Below, piece by piece: positions 62,991 through 64,000 of a stretch of 64,000 nt of DNA. The stretch lies in assembly GCA_013239625.1 (NCBI GenBank), contig MU054187.1, positions 8,528,358-8,592,357 of the forward strand. The letters run 5' to 3'. Position numbers and translations under genes: made by a program. How positions within the stretch are numbered: position 1 is the first letter of the stretch; every line of letters starts with the position of its first letter. The notes below the pieces were generated by a model. That model was not told the DNA's origin. It was given only the letters and a program-made list of their open reading frames with translations, and did no database searches. The stretch comes from Lama guanicoe (taxonomy: Eukaryota).

Positions 62991-64000
62991 CCATTAACTA
63001 CTGGCTTCTATTCTTTCTCCACTGCATCAAAAATTAAATGGCTTATTTCTAACAGTGACCAGATTATGTGCTTTAAATCGTCCTTCTTCAACCTGTTATT
63101 CATATGCATCTTTTCTGTGTGCTCAAGAAATAATACATTTTCATTTTTGCCTAAACTAAAAGAAAAATGTCTGGCAAAACTAAATTACAAAAGCATATCA
63201 ATGCCAAGCACAAATGGCGTTAGATCATCCACAGTTTGTGATAGTCTGTATCATCCATCGGCACAGAGGACTGGGAATTGACTCTTTGCATATTGCTGCC
63301 TAATGCATACAAATTCTCTTTAGTTTTAATGTTCTGTGCCAGTTAAGTGTCTGGATACTCTTTTCTTTTCCAGAACAACATCCAATTCCCCAAAAAAAAA
63401 TTCTCATTGCATCTGGTTTAATTGGTGGGAAAAAGTTCATGCAAATGCATATGCTGATCCTTAACATCCCTATACCAAAAAAAAAAAAAGTGTGCATGAC
63501 ACAAAGCACTGAGAAGTGATGGAGAGACTACTTGCCCTCTGCTGCCAGTGACACCCATTGACCTACACCTGACATTCTATGTATCATGCATGTAGCAGGC
63601 TGTGATGGTTGAAAGGATGAGGAAGGGAGAGAGATGGACATAAAGGAAGGGTAAAAGAAGAATTTTACTATTTTTCCAAGAACTTCCCTTTTTACCCCAA
63701 AAGGGGAACTTCGCTGCTTCAAAGATAGAGATGCCAGCCCTGAGATTTATGCATATGTATATTCAGCTTGAAACATCAATATGGACCAGCCATTCTTCAT
63801 ACATTCATGTGTATATGTAAATACTGTCTTTTTATTTTGGCAGTCCTCATCAGTAAATTGTAGAGTTATTTTGCTATTTTGCTTTGCTAAAAAGAAAACC
63901 CCATTTTCACAAAAGCCTTGTATGCAAGCCTCTACATCATAAATGGGTGGTTATTAAATCTGCACTTGAAGTTTATTTGATTAACAAATGTATATTAGAA

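Overview
Mammalian genomic DNA, AT-rich and repeat-dense, with no complete protein-coding gene, rRNA, genuine tRNA or CRISPR array. A tRNA-derived SINE at 32863-33031 has the form of the camelid Vic-1 type, so the source is probably camel, alpaca or llama. The window reads as intergenic DNA or a very long intron. The left part (1-26.8 kb) is mostly unique sequence with ancient MIR, L2, MaLR and DNA-transposon relics and a few solo LTRs. The 38-62.6 kb part is dominated by decayed, nested L1 elements. The only recognisable peptides in the ORF track are L1 ORF1/ORF2 remnants; the rest look like chance ORFs. Worth follow-up: (1) an ancient ~80%-identical 140-bp direct duplication in unique DNA (7248-7388 / 7869-8010); (2) a candidate frame-preserving 141-bp minus-strand exon (58760-58900); (3) two independent L1 copies whose 1.2-1.3 kb ORF2 deletions end within ~12 bp of each other, one in frame and removing the RT catalytic aspartates; (4) focal CpG-rich patches inside very old repeats; (5) TE-free, motif-rich blocks that look like enhancers. 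I found no convincing evidence of a new biological system. Repeat family names come from recalled consensus sequences, not a database search, and repeat boundaries are approximate unless a TSD or TIR is quoted.
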